Shown: positions 9,866 through 20,430, counted from the stretch's first letter. The stretch is DNA of 64,000 nucleotides from an uncultured Gaiellaceae bacterium (GCA_963791905.1 CAWBTX010000008.1:6359-70358), one strand, 5' to 3'. Numbers and translations: made by a program. The notes: a model not told the origin generated them from the letters alone.

Positions 9866-10798
9866 ATGAACACTCGACTCGTGCTTTGCGGCATGCTCGC
9901 GGCTGTCGCGGTAGCCGTCGCGACAGCGAGCGCGGCGCCGCGTCCTGACGCCTACGTCCTTCCCGGCTCGGCCGTCTTCCCGGAAGGTGTCGCGTTCCAG
10001 CCCGAAACGGGCCACTTCTTCGTCAGCAGCACGGATGACGGTTCGATCCTGCGCGGCCACGTCTCGGAGTCGGCGGCAGGTCCCTTCATCCCCGGCACGA
10101 CCGGACAGTTCTCGGCGATCGGCCTCGAGATCGACCCTGCGGGTCGGCTGTACGTGGCCGGCGGCTTCACTGGCACGGCCCGCGTCTACAACGCCGCGAG
10201 CGGCGCGCTTCTCGGCACCTTCACCTCCGGCCCGGGCGGCTTCATGAACGACGTCGTCGTCGCAAAGAACGGCGACGCCTTCGTCACCGACTCCTTCCGT
10301 TCGATCCTGTGGCGAATCCCAGCCGCGAGCGTGGGATCGTCCGGCGCGCTCGAGCCGTGGCTGAGCTACGCCGGCACGCCGATCGAGTACACGCCGGCGC
10401 CGGACGACTTCGAAGTCAACGGAATCGTGGCGAGCGACAACGGAAGGTATCTCGTCGTCGTCCAGACCAACACCGGGAAGCTGTTCCGGATCGAGATCGC
10501 GACCAAGGAGGTGGTGGAGATCGACGTCGGCGGCGCGTCGGTGAACGGCGACGGGCTCCAGCTTCTGGGGCGCAAGCTCTACGCAGTGGCCGACGGCGGC
10601 ATCGTCAAGGTCCTCCTGTCCGGCGACCTCTCGCGCGGCGAGGTGGTCTCGCGCACCACCGATCCGTCGTTCTCCTCGCCCACGACGAACGCGATCGCGC
10701 GGGGCCGCATGCTTGTCGTGAACTCGCAGTTCGACCGCCTCTTCAGCAACCAGCCGCCAGTGCTGCCGTTCACGGTCTCGAGTATCCCGCTTCCGTAG
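9866..10798 (+). CDS. secreted beta-propeller protein (SMP-30/gluconolactonase/LRE-like)
   Basis: AAGGAGG precedes the ATG at 9866. The signal peptide is MNTRLVLCGMLAAVAVAVATASA. Repeated propeller-like strands are present (FPEGVAFQPETGHFFVSS, GLEIDPAGRLYVAG, NDVVVAKNGDAFVTD). Confidence 0.7.
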   Translation: MNTRLVLCGMLAAVAVAVATASAAPRPDAYVLPGSAVFPEGVAFQPETGHFFVSSTDDGSILRGHVSESAAGPFIPGTTGQFSAIGLEIDPAGRLYVAGGFTGTARVYNAASGALLGTFTSGPGGFMNDVVVAKNGDAFVTDSFRSILWRIPAASVGSSGALEPWLSYAGTPIEYTPAPDDFEVNGIVASDNGRYLVVVQTNTGKLFRIEIATKEVVEIDVGGASVNGDGLQLLGRKLYAVADGGIVKVLLSGDLSRGEVVSRTTDPSFSSPTTNAIARGRMLVVNSQFDRLFSNQPPVLPFTVSSIPLP

Positions 10799-10811
10799 CG
10801 CGAGGGCAGTT

Positions 10812-10835
10812 GGCCGGGCCGGCAGCGGCCCGGCC
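10812..10835. terminator. GC hairpin after the propeller gene
   Basis: GGCCGGGCC-ggcagc-GGCCCGGCC forms a perfect 9-bp stem 14 nt after the stop at 10798. Confidence 0.45.
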
Positions 10836-10984
10836 GACTGCCTTAGCGGCGGCGCGAGCGCCCTGCGCGCGTGCCTCAAGGTCTGCTGTTGCAAACCCTC
10901 GAGGCCAGCGAGGAACGCGTCCCATGACACGTGGGTCAGCGTCAGCAGCGCTCATGTCCACGATATCAGGTCCGACTCCTAGCC

Positions 10985-11752
10985 TCACCCCGACCTCTTT
11001 CCTTTTGCGCGTGAGCCGGCGCTGGTCGCGTCCTCGTACAGCACCGACACGAGCGCGGACATGTCGTAGCGGTCGAAGGCGTCGACATAGCGATTGACGA
11101 GTTCCGCGCCCGCGCCGTCAGTGCGACGTGCGTCTGAGGCGCTCAGCTCTCTCGTCCGGAGCGTTGCCCGGGCCCGCTGGAGGGCGCCGTCGACGGAGGC
11201 GACGCTCGTGTCGAGGAGCTCTGCGACCTCCGAGGCCTGCCAGCGCAGCGCCTCGCGCAGGATGAGGACGGCACGTTGCCTCGGCGGCAGGTGCCTGATC
11301 ATGGCCACGAGAGCAAGGCGAATGGACTCGCGGGCGAGTACCGCGTCCTCGGGGCTTTCTTCGACCGCCGCCCGACCGTCGAGCACCGGCCTGAGTGGCG
11401 TCGGCCGGACAGGCCTGTCGGCTCCGTGCGCGCTCAATTCGCCGACGAAGGCGAAGTCCATAGGCCGGGCTCGGCGCTTCCTGCCCTCGAGCACGTTGAG
11501 GCAGACGTTTGTGGCGATCCGGTAGAGCCACGCTCGGAGCGGCGCGCGCCCTTCGTAGCGTTCGAAGCCGCGCCAGGCGCGGATGAAGGTCTCCTGCACG
11601 GAGTCCTCGGCCTCGCTCGGTCCGAGCATCCGCCGGCAGAATTTGGTCAACTCGGCGCGGTGCTCCTCGAGGCGCTCGAAGAGGCCGATCGCTTCGAGAT
11701 TCTCTCGCCGCTCCACAGTCCCAGCAGTCGTCGACGCCCCGCTCGCGCACAT
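10985..11752 (-). CDS. ECF sigma factor of the SigG/SigJ type (C-terminal SnoaL/NTF2-like extension appears truncated)
   Basis: Region 2 reads [15 protein letters not shown]. Region 4 reads [41 protein letters not shown]. The start of the extension is [26 protein letters not shown], and a stop follows soon after. Confidence 0.8.
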   Translation of the reverse strand: MCASGASTTAGTVERRENLEAIGLFERLEEHRAELTKFCRRMLGPSEAEDSVQETFIRAWRGFERYEGRAPLRAWLYRIATNVCLNVLEGRKRRARPMDFAFVGELSAHGADRPVRPTPLRPVLDGRAAVEESPEDAVLARESIRLALVAMIRHLPPRQRAVLILREALRWQASEVAELLDTSVASVDGALQRARATLRTRELSASDARRTDGAGAELVNRYVDAFDRYDMSALVSVLYEDATSAGSRAKGKRSG

Positions 11753-11955
11753 GTCACGCCTCGGTCAGGGTCTCCGGTTGGCGAGGGTGGTGATCCCTGC
11801 CGGACCGCTCGGCAAGCCGGGGCACTCGTCCGCCCGGTTTCCGACCAGTCGCAGGCATGACACGACTCTGCCCCCCAACGAGCTGATTCGCGTCGGAGGT
11901 GACCCCAACCTCGCCCCTAAGGTTCTTCCGCGGCCGACGTCGTGGCGACGAGCGG

Positions 11956-14850
11956 CTAGGCGGAAGCAGGCGCCGGACTCGATGCGGGAGTCCGGAGGGC
12001 CTTGTCGAGCTGCGCGCGGGAGCTGATCTCGAGCTTGCGATAGGCGTGGCTCAGGTGCACCTCGACCGTCTTGATCGTGACGAACAGCGTCTGTGCGATC
12101 TCCTTGTTGCTCATCCCTTCGGCCGCGAGCTGGGCCACGCGCCGCTCGCTCGCGGTGAGTGCGTCGAGCCCCGTCTGGAGGATCTTTCGCGGTCTCGCAC
12201 CCGTAGCGGCTATCTCTTCGTTTGCCCGCTCGGCGAGCCCGAATGCCCCGGCCCTTCGCGCGAGGTCGACGCCTTCCCGGAGGCGGTCGCGTGCCTCCGT
12301 CCGCTGGTTCGCACGCCGGAGCGCTGCGCCGAGGTCGACATAGGCGCGCACGTGCTCGAGCCGAGCCTCTGAGCCTTCGAGCACCTCAACCGCCTGCCGG
12401 TGCGAGTCGATTCCTGCGGCGCCGCCCTCGACCAGACCGAGCACGCGCAGTGAGGCGCCGATGGCATGCGGGTCACCCCAGCGTCGAGCGAGCGCGAGTT
12501 CCTCGCCCGCGAGTGCATGAGCTTCGTCGTTTCGGTCGAGAAGTCGAAGGCCTTCGGCGGCCCAGCTCCGCCACGGCACGTCGCTTGGATTGTCGCAGGG
12601 GATCAGCCGAACCGTCTCGCCGACATGGAGCAGCTCCTCGACTCCCCGCTCGGGGCTTCCGGTCTTGATGCGCAGCCGGCCGCGGTAGAGCCGAAACCAG
12701 ACGAGGTGGAGCTGGTCGAGCGGTAGCTGCTCCGGGAAGCCACCCTCGTCGATCACCCGCGCCGCCTCGTCAGCCTCCCCCTGCTCGAGCAGCGCATACG
12801 CCAGGAAGCCGATGTTGTACGGCCAGGCGACCAGCATGCCGTGCGCGACGCAGAGATCGAGCGCCTCCCTCAGATCCGCAACCGCCGCTCGAAGATCGCC
12901 GCGATCCGTTTGACACTTGCCGCGCCACAGCAACAAGAACGCGACGTTGAAGATGTCGCCGCGCCGTCGAGCCTGAGCGACCGCCTGGTCGAAGATGGAA
13001 ACCGCTTCGTCGAGCAACCCCGCCCGGGGCAGCACGTTCACTGCGTAGTAGAACGCGACCGAGCCGCTCGCCAAGAGGTTCCCCTGCGTGAGCGCGCGCC
13101 GGGCGAGCTCGACTGCTCGCTCGCGGTCCAGCCCCCGCCGGTACTCGTAATGCGCCATCGTGGCGAGCAGGATCTCGCTGCCGAGGCCTCCGTGGAGCGT
13201 ATCCAGGTCGAGCTCGCCGATCCTTGCCTCGGCGATGGGAAAGGTCTGCGAGTCCCACCACGCCGAGCTGATGAGCTCCGCCACGAGCAGCTCGGAGAGG
13301 TCCGGATCTCGCATCCGACCGAGCTCGTCGAGCGCCTGCTGGAAAACTGCAAGGGCATCCGCGGTCTGGTCCGTGAACCAGAGCGCGCGGCCCAGCTCGA
13401 GTGCAACCGCGCAGCGTCGCGACCGGTCTGCGACGAGCTCGAGCCCGGCGCGCAGGTGGTCGGCCGCTGCCGGGCCGTTCGTCCGCCGCTCCGCAAGACC
13501 GAGCTCGACGAGCACCTCCCCCCGGGCAGCCGGATCGATCTGCTCGTCGAGCGCGCGGGTGAGATATCCGACGGCGACCTCGGCTGCGCCCTGGGCAAGT
13601 GAGCGCTCGGCCGCCTGACGGAGCGTCGAGACCACGAATGGGTCGGCCTGTGGCGCGATGCGGACGAGTTGCCCCGCCGCACTCTCCGGCCGCGCGCCGG
13701 CTTCGAGTAGCAGCTCGGCGGCCGAGCGGTGGGCGGCGTCGCGTTCGACGACGTCGAGCGTCTCGTAGACGGCGCTGCGGACGACCGGGTGGAAGAACTC
13801 CAGTGGATCCTGGCGACGAAGGAGGTCGAGCCGAACAAGGACCGCGGCGGCCTGACCAAGCCCGCTTGCTTCCACGCCGGCGAGCGCGGCCGCGTGGCGC
13901 AATTCGGCCCCGTCGCCGAGGATCGAAGCCGCGCGGAGAAGGGCAAGCGCGTCTGCCTGCAGGCGGGCGAGGCGGAGCCCGACGACGCGGGAAACGCCCT
14001 GCGCTCCGATCTCCAGCAGACGGGGGATGTGCTCGGCGGTCGGGCGCGTTCCCTCCCGCGCAACCGCGTCGAGCACCGCGCCGATGAAGAGCGGATTTCC
14101 ACCGGTCGCAGTTTCGAGGGCGGCGCAGAAGGCTTCGTCCGGCGTCAGGCCATGGAGCTCTCGCGCGAGCACGGCGATCGAGGCACGGCCAAGCGGTTCG
14201 GGGCGAATCGCGGCGGCCTCCGGATCCGTGATGAGCTCTGCGACGAGTGTGGGATCGCGGCTCTCGCCTTCGGGTGGCCGGGTTCCGGCGGCGACGAGGA
14301 GAGGCACTCCCTCGAGCCTTCGCGTCAGGTAGAGGAGCCAGCGCAGCGAGGGGCTGTCGGCCCAGTGCAGGTCGTCGATGGTGAGGAGCGTCGGCTGCTG
14401 AAGGGCCACATTGGCGGCGAGCCAGTAAAGCCCGTGGAGGACGGCGAAAGAGCCTTCTGCGGGCGCGTCCTGTGGAGCGGGGGGTTGCGAGGCTCCGAAG
14501 AGCGGTTCAACGAGCGCGGCCGGTCCTGAGAGCAGCTCCGCGCGGAGATCGGGAGGGGCGGACGCGAGCAGCGGCTCGAACAGCTGGCGGACGATCCCGT
14601 ACGCAAACTCGCCCTCGAACTCGCCGCCGCGGGCGGCAAGCACCCGCACCCCGGCCGAGCCGGCGATCGCGCGCGCCTCGGCGAGCAGACGGGTCTTGCC
14701 GATACCGGCGCTTCCCTCGACCACGGCCAAACGCCCGCCGCCGCTGTATGCGGCCTCCGCCAGTGCCTGCAGCGCCGCGCACTGGGCTTCGCGCTCCAGG
14801 AGCAAGGAGGTAGTTCCGCCCGAAGGAAGGACACTCGCCGGTGCCATCAC
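11956..14850 (-). CDS. LAL-type transcriptional regulator (N-terminal AAA/NTPase, TPR-like middle, C-terminal LuxR HTH)
   Basis: 964 aa. The Walker A-like motif is GSAGIGKTRLL. The C-terminus ASERRVAQLAAEGMSNKEIAQTLFVTIKTVEVHLSHAYRKLEI is a LuxR-type HTH. Confidence 0.9.
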   Translation of the reverse strand: MMAPASVLPSGGTTSLLLEREAQCAALQALAEAAYSGGGRLAVVEGSAGIGKTRLLAEARAIAGSAGVRVLAARGGEFEGEFAYGIVRQLFEPLLASAPPDLRAELLSGPAALVEPLFGASQPPAPQDAPAEGSFAVLHGLYWLAANVALQQPTLLTIDDLHWADSPSLRWLLYLTRRLEGVPLLVAAGTRPPEGESRDPTLVAELITDPEAAAIRPEPLGRASIAVLARELHGLTPDEAFCAALETATGGNPLFIGAVLDAVAREGTRPTAEHIPRLLEIGAQGVSRVVGLRLARLQADALALLRAASILGDGAELRHAAALAGVEASGLGQAAAVLVRLDLLRRQDPLEFFHPVVRSAVYETLDVVERDAAHRSAAELLLEAGARPESAAGQLVRIAPQADPFVVSTLRQAAERSLAQGAAEVAVGYLTRALDEQIDPAARGEVLVELGLAERRTNGPAAADHLRAGLELVADRSRRCAVALELGRALWFTDQTADALAVFQQALDELGRMRDPDLSELLVAELISSAWWDSQTFPIAEARIGELDLDTLHGGLGSEILLATMAHYEYRRGLDRERAVELARRALTQGNLLASGSVAFYYAVNVLPRAGLLDEAVSIFDQAVAQARRRGDIFNVAFLLLWRGKCQTDRGDLRAAVADLREALDLCVAHGMLVAWPYNIGFLAYALLEQGEADEAARVIDEGGFPEQLPLDQLHLVWFRLYRGRLRIKTGSPERGVEELLHVGETVRLIPCDNPSDVPWRSWAAEGLRLLDRNDEAHALAGEELALARRWGDPHAIGASLRVLGLVEGGAAGIDSHRQAVEVLEGSEARLEHVRAYVDLGAALRRANQRTEARDRLREGVDLARRAGAFGLAERANEEIAATGARPRKILQTGLDALTASERRVAQLAAEGMSNKEIAQTLFVTIKTVEVHLSHAYRKLEISSRAQLDKALRTPASSPAPASA

Positions 14851-14886
14851 GACCTATCCGTAGAACCCGCACAGTTTAGGGGCCGG

Positions 14887-15840
14887 TTGGGGTCGGCCCC
14901 GACGCGAGGCGCGCCGTCGGCCCCCACTCTCTACGACGAGATGATCGCGTCGTCGCACGGCTCACGAAGCGCCGACAAGGCAGCGCGCGAGTACACGGAA
15001 TCGTGGTGCAAGGACGGGGAGCTCGGCCACGTCGTGCTCGGGGGCGGCGCGCGCGCCCGGTACCTGCGCGTCGGCAGCGGCCCACCTTTGCTCCTGATGC
15101 ACACGGTGCGCACGCAGCTCGACCACTTCCAGCTCGTCATCCCGCAGATCACGGATGCATTCACCGTCTACGCGGTCGACTTCCCGGGGATGGGCTGGTC
15201 GGACATCGTCCCCGGCGCCAGCTACAAGGAGCCGGCGCTGCGCTCCGCGGTCGTTCGGATGGTCGAGGACCTCGACCTCTCCGGCCTCACGCTTGCCGGG
15301 GAGTCCATGGGCGCAACCCTGGCGCTGACGGCATCCGTGGACCTCGGCGACCGCGTGCGTCGCGTCGTCGCCTTCAATACCTACGACTTCGCCGACGGCC
15401 TTAAACGAGCCAGTCTCTTCGCGCGGGTGGTTGTGGGCAGCATCCAGGCTCGGGTTGCGGGTCCGATTGTCGCCCGCCTCGAGAACAGGCACATCCTCAG
15501 AGGCGTGCTACGAGGCGGACTGCTCGACCCTCGATGCTTCCCCGACCACTACCTCCACGAGCTTCGCCGCGTCGGCCGTCGCCCCGGCTACCCGGCGGTG
15601 GCGAGAGCGATCTACCTCAATCTGGGAGGCCTGATTGCGGCCCGCGAACGCTATGCCCGCATCAAGACACCAGTCACGCTGGTCTATAGCGACCACGATT
15701 GGTCGCGGCCCTCGGATCGGCAGGCGAACGTCGAGTCGGTCCCCGGCGCGAGCAACATCCTGCTGCGCGACACCGGTCACTTCGCCGCACTTGAGGCACC
15801 CGACGAAGTGGCGCGGATCTTGCGCGACGAGGCCCGGTGA
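14887..15840 (+). CDS. alpha/beta hydrolase
   Basis: PPLLLMHTV is the oxyanion region. GESMG is the nucleophile elbow and DTGHFAALE is the His region. The start is uncertain, with an alternative ATG at 14941. Confidence 0.85.
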   Translation: MGSAPTRGAPSAPTLYDEMIASSHGSRSADKAAREYTESWCKDGELGHVVLGGGARARYLRVGSGPPLLLMHTVRTQLDHFQLVIPQITDAFTVYAVDFPGMGWSDIVPGASYKEPALRSAVVRMVEDLDLSGLTLAGESMGATLALTASVDLGDRVRRVVAFNTYDFADGLKRASLFARVVVGSIQARVAGPIVARLENRHILRGVLRGGLLDPRCFPDHYLHELRRVGRRPGYPAVARAIYLNLGGLIAARERYARIKTPVTLVYSDHDWSRPSDRQANVESVPGASNILLRDTGHFAALEAPDEVARILRDEAR

Positions 15841-15901
15841 GCGGACGGCGCGGGCGAATTGTGCTCGGTCTGACGCTCATCGCCGCAGGTACCGTGGACC
15901 G

Positions 15902-17222
15902 ATGAGCGTCGTCCTCCATGCTCGCCGCGACCACTGCCTCGCGCCGGAGCGGGTCGACGCGCCGAGCGGCGAGGGCGGCCGCTACGGGCTCATGTTCGAC
16001 CTGCCGCCTCTCGTCGCCGACGAGGGCCTGCTGCACGAGCTTGGTGCGGCCGGCGGCTTCTGCGACGGCGGCGACTGCAAAGACGACGCGCGCGTCGAGG
16101 CGGGCTGGCCGTTCTTCGGGCAGTACCGTCGCGCACGATCTCACCGCCGACCGCTCGCCCCTGCGTGCGCGGACGGACCGCGACGCGCTGCGCAACATGC
16201 GCTCGCCCCGAGCGAACCTCGAGCCGCTCTACGCCGGCGGCCCCACCGGCGCGCCGTATCTGTACAGCCGTGCCGACCCCTCGAAGCTGCTCGAGAACGA
16301 GGGCGACCTGCCGCGCAATCAGGAAGGCGTCGCGCTGATCGGCGACCCCCGCAACGACGTCCACGTGTTCATGAGTCAGCTGCAGGTCGGGTTCATCCGC
16401 GCACACAATCTCCTCGTCGACCGGTTGCGCGAGGACGGCTTCGCCGATGCCGATCTCTTCGACGAGGCGCGCCGCGCGCTCACGTGGCACTACCAATGGC
16501 TCATCGTCAATGAGTTCCTGCCGGTTCTCGTCGGCTCGGACCTGGTCGACGAGATCGTCGAAACGGGCGCACGCTTCTACCACCCCGACGGCACGCCGTT
16601 CATCCCGCTCGAGTTCGCCGACGCCGCCTACCGCTACGGCCACTCGCAGATCCGCCAGCTCTACCAACTCCAGCCACACGGGCCGCTCCACCCGGTCTTT
16701 CCCGACCTGATCGGCTTCGGCCCGGTCGGCGACCACCGCGTCGACTGGTCGCTGCTGTTCGACGTCGAGGGCCGACCCCGCGCGCAGCGCGCCAAACCGA
16801 TCGACGGACGCCTTCCGCGCTCTCTGATCGACCTGCCGCAGGCGGTCACCGGCCAGGTCGACGACGAGGCCTACCGGTCGCTCGCAGCGCGCGACCTCGT
16901 GCGAGGGCAGGCGACGGGGCTCCCATCAGGCGAAGCGGTCGCCCGGCTGATCGGCGCCGACGCGCTGAACGAGGAAGATCTCGGCCTCCGACGTCACGGC
17001 TGGAAGGGCGACACGCCGCTCTGGCTCTACATCCTCCTCGAGTCGTCCTCCCGCCACGACGGCGACCGGCTCGGCGAGGTGGGCGGCCGCATCGTCGCGG
17101 AAGTTCTGATCGGAGTCATCGCCGCCGATCCAGAGTCGTACCTGGCCAACGAGCCCGGCTGGGTGCCGACGCTGGCCGCCCGCGGCGAGCGGTTCCGGCT
17201 CACGGATCTCCTCATCCCCTGA
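15902..17222 (+). CDS. animal-type haem peroxidase family protein, frame broken at about 16127
   Basis: The N-terminal part runs from the ATG at 15902 (..GLMFDLPPL..AGWPFFGQY). It continues in the +1 frame as VAHDLTADRS..NQEGVALIGDPRNDVHVFMSQLQVGFIRAHN..EFADAAYRYGHSQI. The FFGQ-x-x-HD(L/I)T and RxGHS motifs are typical of the An_peroxidase family. Confidence 0.8.
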
Positions 17223-17274
17223 ACGCGCACTGTCGGGGTCGCATCAACCACTCGCCAAGGGAGGTCGCCCAGCC

Positions 17275-17670
17275 ATGACGCTCGAGCTCATCAACCCAGA
17301 GACGCTGCCCACGCCGAAGTCCTACACCCACGTCGTCGCCGCGACCGGCAGCCGGCTGGTATTCGTCGCCGGACAGGTCGCCGACGACGCTCACGGCAAC
17401 GTTGTCGGCCCCGGCGACCTGGCCGCGCAGGCTCGCGTGGCGTTTGCCAACGTCGGCCGCTGCCTCGCCGCGGCCGGGGCGCGACCGGAGCAGGTGGCCA
17501 AGCTCACGATCTACGTCGTTCACCACCGGCCTGAATACCTGCCCGACATCTTGGAGGCCCTGATCGCGGTCTTCGGTGACCACAGGCCCGCCGACACGCT
17601 GCTCGGAGTTGAGGCGCTCGCTCGGCCCGAGTACCTGATCGAGGTTGACGCGATCGCAGTTGTCGATTGA
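17275..17670 (+). CDS. RidA/YjgF family reactive-intermediate deaminase
   Basis: 131 aa, with YTHVVAATGSRLVFVAGQVA and a C-terminal LIEVDAIAV. Confidence 0.9.
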   Translation: MTLELINPETLPTPKSYTHVVAATGSRLVFVAGQVADDAHGNVVGPGDLAAQARVAFANVGRCLAAAGARPEQVAKLTIYVVHHRPEYLPDILEALIAVFGDHRPADTLLGVEALARPEYLIEVDAIAVVD

Positions 17671-17685
17671 TGGGGGAGGCGTACG

Positions 17686-19329
17686 ATGGCAACGGAGATC
17701 GCACAAACTCGCTCCTATCGACGTTGGCACCCGGCTCCGTACGACGAGATGCGGAGGACATTCCGCTGGGAGGTGCCACGCAACTACAACATCGCTGCCG
17801 ACGTCCTCGACAAGCACGAGCCGTCCCGGCCGGCGATGTACTGGGAGGACTGGGAGGGAAACGAGCGCACGCTCACCTTCGGCGACATGCAGTCGCTCAC
17901 GAACCGAACGGCGAACGCGCTCCGCGCCTACGGCGTCGGCGAGGGCGACCGCGTCGCGGTCATGCTGCCGCCTCTCCCCGAGGCCGCCGCCGCCTTTCTC
18001 GCGACGTACAAGCTGGGCGGCGTCCTGCTGTCGCTCTCCATCCTCTACGGCGACGACTCGATCGTGCATCGGCTGCGGGACTGCTCCGCGAAGGTGATCG
18101 TCACCGATGCAGCCAACCGCGAACGGATCGACCGCGTCCGCGACGCCCTACCGGAGCTGGAGCACGTACTCCTCGTCGACGAGGAGTTCGGCCGCGCCGT
18201 CGCGCAGGCCTCCGACCGCTGCGAGACGCTCGACACGCCGGCCGACCAGGCGGCTCAGATCTACTACACGTCCGGCACGACCGGGCTCGCGAAGGGAATC
18301 GTGCACGCCCACCGATACCTCCTCGCGCACAACGAATTCGAGCTCGTGCACGACGTTCGCGACGACGAGGTCTTCCACTCGACGGGCGAGTGGGCTTGGA
18401 TCGCAGGCATCATCCCCGGCATCCTCGGGCCGTGGCGCTTCGGGGCGCCGATCGCGGTCTTCGCGCGCAAGGGCGGCTACGACCCCCAGCAGACGCTTTA
18501 CGTGCTCGAGAAGCACAAGGTCAAGAACCTCTTCGCGACGCCGACCGCGCTGCGGGCGATGGCCGCGCTCGGAGAGATCTCGGATCGCTATCCCGGCATC
18601 TCGCTCAGGCTGGCCTGCGCAGCCGGGGAGCCGCTCAACCCGGAGGTGATCACCTGGTTCACACGCCAATTCGACATCCCGGTGATGGACTTCTACGGCC
18701 TCTCCGAGAGCTATCCGCTGTGCGCCAACTTCCGGACAATGGAGATCCGCCCCGGCTCGATGGGCAAGCCGACGCCCGGCTGGGAGGTCGATTTGCTCGA
18801 CGACGACGAGCAGCCCGTACCGGTCGGCGAGACCGGGGAGATCTGCCTTCGCGCGCGTACCAACCCCCACTACCCGCTCGGCTACTGGGACCGTGCCGAG
18901 GACTCACGGCGGGACTTCGGCGGCGACTGGTTCCACACACGCGACGTTGCCCGGCAGGACGACGACGGGTACATCTGGTACGAGGGACGCAACGACGACG
19001 TGATCATCTCCGCCGGCTACCGAATCGGCCCGTTCGAGGTCGAATCGGCGCTCGTCGCCCACCCAAAGGTCGTCGAGGCAGCCGCCGTCGCCTCCCCCGA
19101 CCACGTTCGCGGCCACATCGTGAAGGCATTCGTACGCGTCCTACCCGACACCGAACCGACCGACGAGCTCGCCCGCGAGATCCAGTCTTTCGTCCGCGAG
19201 CGCCTCTCTGCCTACGCCTACCCGCGCGCAATCGAGTTCATCGACGACCTGCCAAAGACGCTCACGGGAAAGATCCGCCGTATCGAGCTCCGCGAACGCG
19301 AGAACAAGCGAGCGCCGACGGTCTCCTGA
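17686..19329 (+). CDS. AMP-dependent acyl-CoA synthetase/ligase
   Basis: YYTSGTTGLAKGI is the AMP-binding motif. Also present are GEICLR, DWFHTRDVA and LPKTLTGKIRR. Confidence 0.9.
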   Translation: MATEIAQTRSYRRWHPAPYDEMRRTFRWEVPRNYNIAADVLDKHEPSRPAMYWEDWEGNERTLTFGDMQSLTNRTANALRAYGVGEGDRVAVMLPPLPEAAAAFLATYKLGGVLLSLSILYGDDSIVHRLRDCSAKVIVTDAANRERIDRVRDALPELEHVLLVDEEFGRAVAQASDRCETLDTPADQAAQIYYTSGTTGLAKGIVHAHRYLLAHNEFELVHDVRDDEVFHSTGEWAWIAGIIPGILGPWRFGAPIAVFARKGGYDPQQTLYVLEKHKVKNLFATPTALRAMAALGEISDRYPGISLRLACAAGEPLNPEVITWFTRQFDIPVMDFYGLSESYPLCANFRTMEIRPGSMGKPTPGWEVDLLDDDEQPVPVGETGEICLRARTNPHYPLGYWDRAEDSRRDFGGDWFHTRDVARQDDDGYIWYEGRNDDVIISAGYRIGPFEVESALVAHPKVVEAAAVASPDHVRGHIVKAFVRVLPDTEPTDELAREIQSFVRERLSAYAYPRAIEFIDDLPKTLTGKIRRIELRERENKRAPTVS

Positions 19330-19356
19330 CCGACGCGCACCCTGGGACGACTCCGA

Positions 19357-19854
19357 GTGCTCTATCTCCTCCGGCACGCCAAGTCGAGCTGGGACGATCC
19401 GGCACTCACGGACCATGAGCGGCCGCTGGCGCCGCGCGGTTGCCGGGATGCGAAGCGGATCGCCTCTCACCTGCGCGAGCGCGCAATCGAGCCGGAGCTC
19501 GTCCTCTGCTCGACCGCCGCGCGCACGCGCGAGACGCTCGAGCTCGTGCGCCCGTCGCTCGGCGCGCCGACGGTGCTGCTCGAGGAAGAGTTGTACGGCG
19601 CCTCAGCCGACGAGTTGCTCGCGCGCCTTCGGCGCGTGCCGGACGAGGTTGAGTCGGTGCTGCTGGTCGGACACAACCCGGGCTTGCAGGAGCTCGCGCT
19701 CGTCCTGGCCGCCGGCGGCGACGAGCTCGAGCGGCTCGAGGCGAAGTTCCCGACCGCGGCGCTCGCCACGCTCGCACTTGCGACGACCTGGAGCCGATTG
19801 GGACCGGACGGCGCGACGCTCGGGGAGTACGTCGTGCCGAAGCAACTTCGCTGA
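19357..19854 (+). CDS. histidine phosphatase family protein (SixA-like)
   Basis: The catalytic RHA motif is in LYLLRHAKS. ERPLAPRG and LLVGHNPG are also present. Confidence 0.85.
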   Translation: MLYLLRHAKSSWDDPALTDHERPLAPRGCRDAKRIASHLRERAIEPELVLCSTAARTRETLELVRPSLGAPTVLLEEELYGASADELLARLRRVPDEVESVLLVGHNPGLQELALVLAAGGDELERLEAKFPTAALATLALATTWSRLGPDGATLGEYVVPKQLR

Positions 19855-19932
19855 GCGCAGCTGCTCAGGCGCGCGCTAACTTCAATTTGTATAGTGGAGC
19901 GGCTTCTCTCGCTCCTCGGACAAGGAGGCACG

Positions 19933-20424
19933 ATGACCGTCACGGACGAGCTGCTTCGGAATGCCGAGCAGTACGCCACCAACTTCGATCGCGGCGACCT
20001 GCCGCTGCCGCCGGCGAAGCGGGTCGCGGTGCTCGCCTGCATGGATGCCCGCCTGAACCCGTACGGGCTGCTCGGGCTGAGCGAAGGCGACGCCCACGTG
20101 ATCCGGAACGCCGGCGGTGTCGTCACCGATGACGAGATCCGGTCGCTCTCGATCTCGCAGCGACTGCTCGGCACACAGGAGATCATCCTCATCCATCACA
20201 CCGATTGCGGCATGCTGACCTTCGGCGACGACGAGTTCCGCCGCCAGGTCCAGCAGGACACCGGGATCAAGCCGGCCTGGGCGGCGGAGGCCTTCGACGA
20301 TCTCGAGGCCGACGTCCGGCAGTCGATCGCGCGGATCAAGAGCAGCCCCTTCATCCCAATCAAGGACAGCGTGCGCGGCTTCGTCTACGACGTGAAGACA
20401 GGTGGCCTCCAGGAAGTGAACTGA
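19933..20424 (+). CDS. beta-class carbonic anhydrase
   Basis: AAGGAGG precedes the ATG at 19933. The Zn ligands follow the beta-CA pattern (CMDARL and HHTDCG). Confidence 0.85.
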   Translation: MTVTDELLRNAEQYATNFDRGDLPLPPAKRVAVLACMDARLNPYGLLGLSEGDAHVIRNAGGVVTDDEIRSLSISQRLLGTQEIILIHHTDCGMLTFGDDEFRRQVQQDTGIKPAWAAEAFDDLEADVRQSIARIKSSPFIPIKDSVRGFVYDVKTGGLQEVN

Positions 20425-20430
20425 GCGTCG

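Noticed and set aside
10770-10988. The 72-aa ORF in the track as a continuation of the sigma-factor C-terminal domain.
   Set aside because: Its GC3 bias is poor (about 65%), its sequence is not NTF2-like, and it runs through a terminator-like hairpin into the end of the convergent gene.
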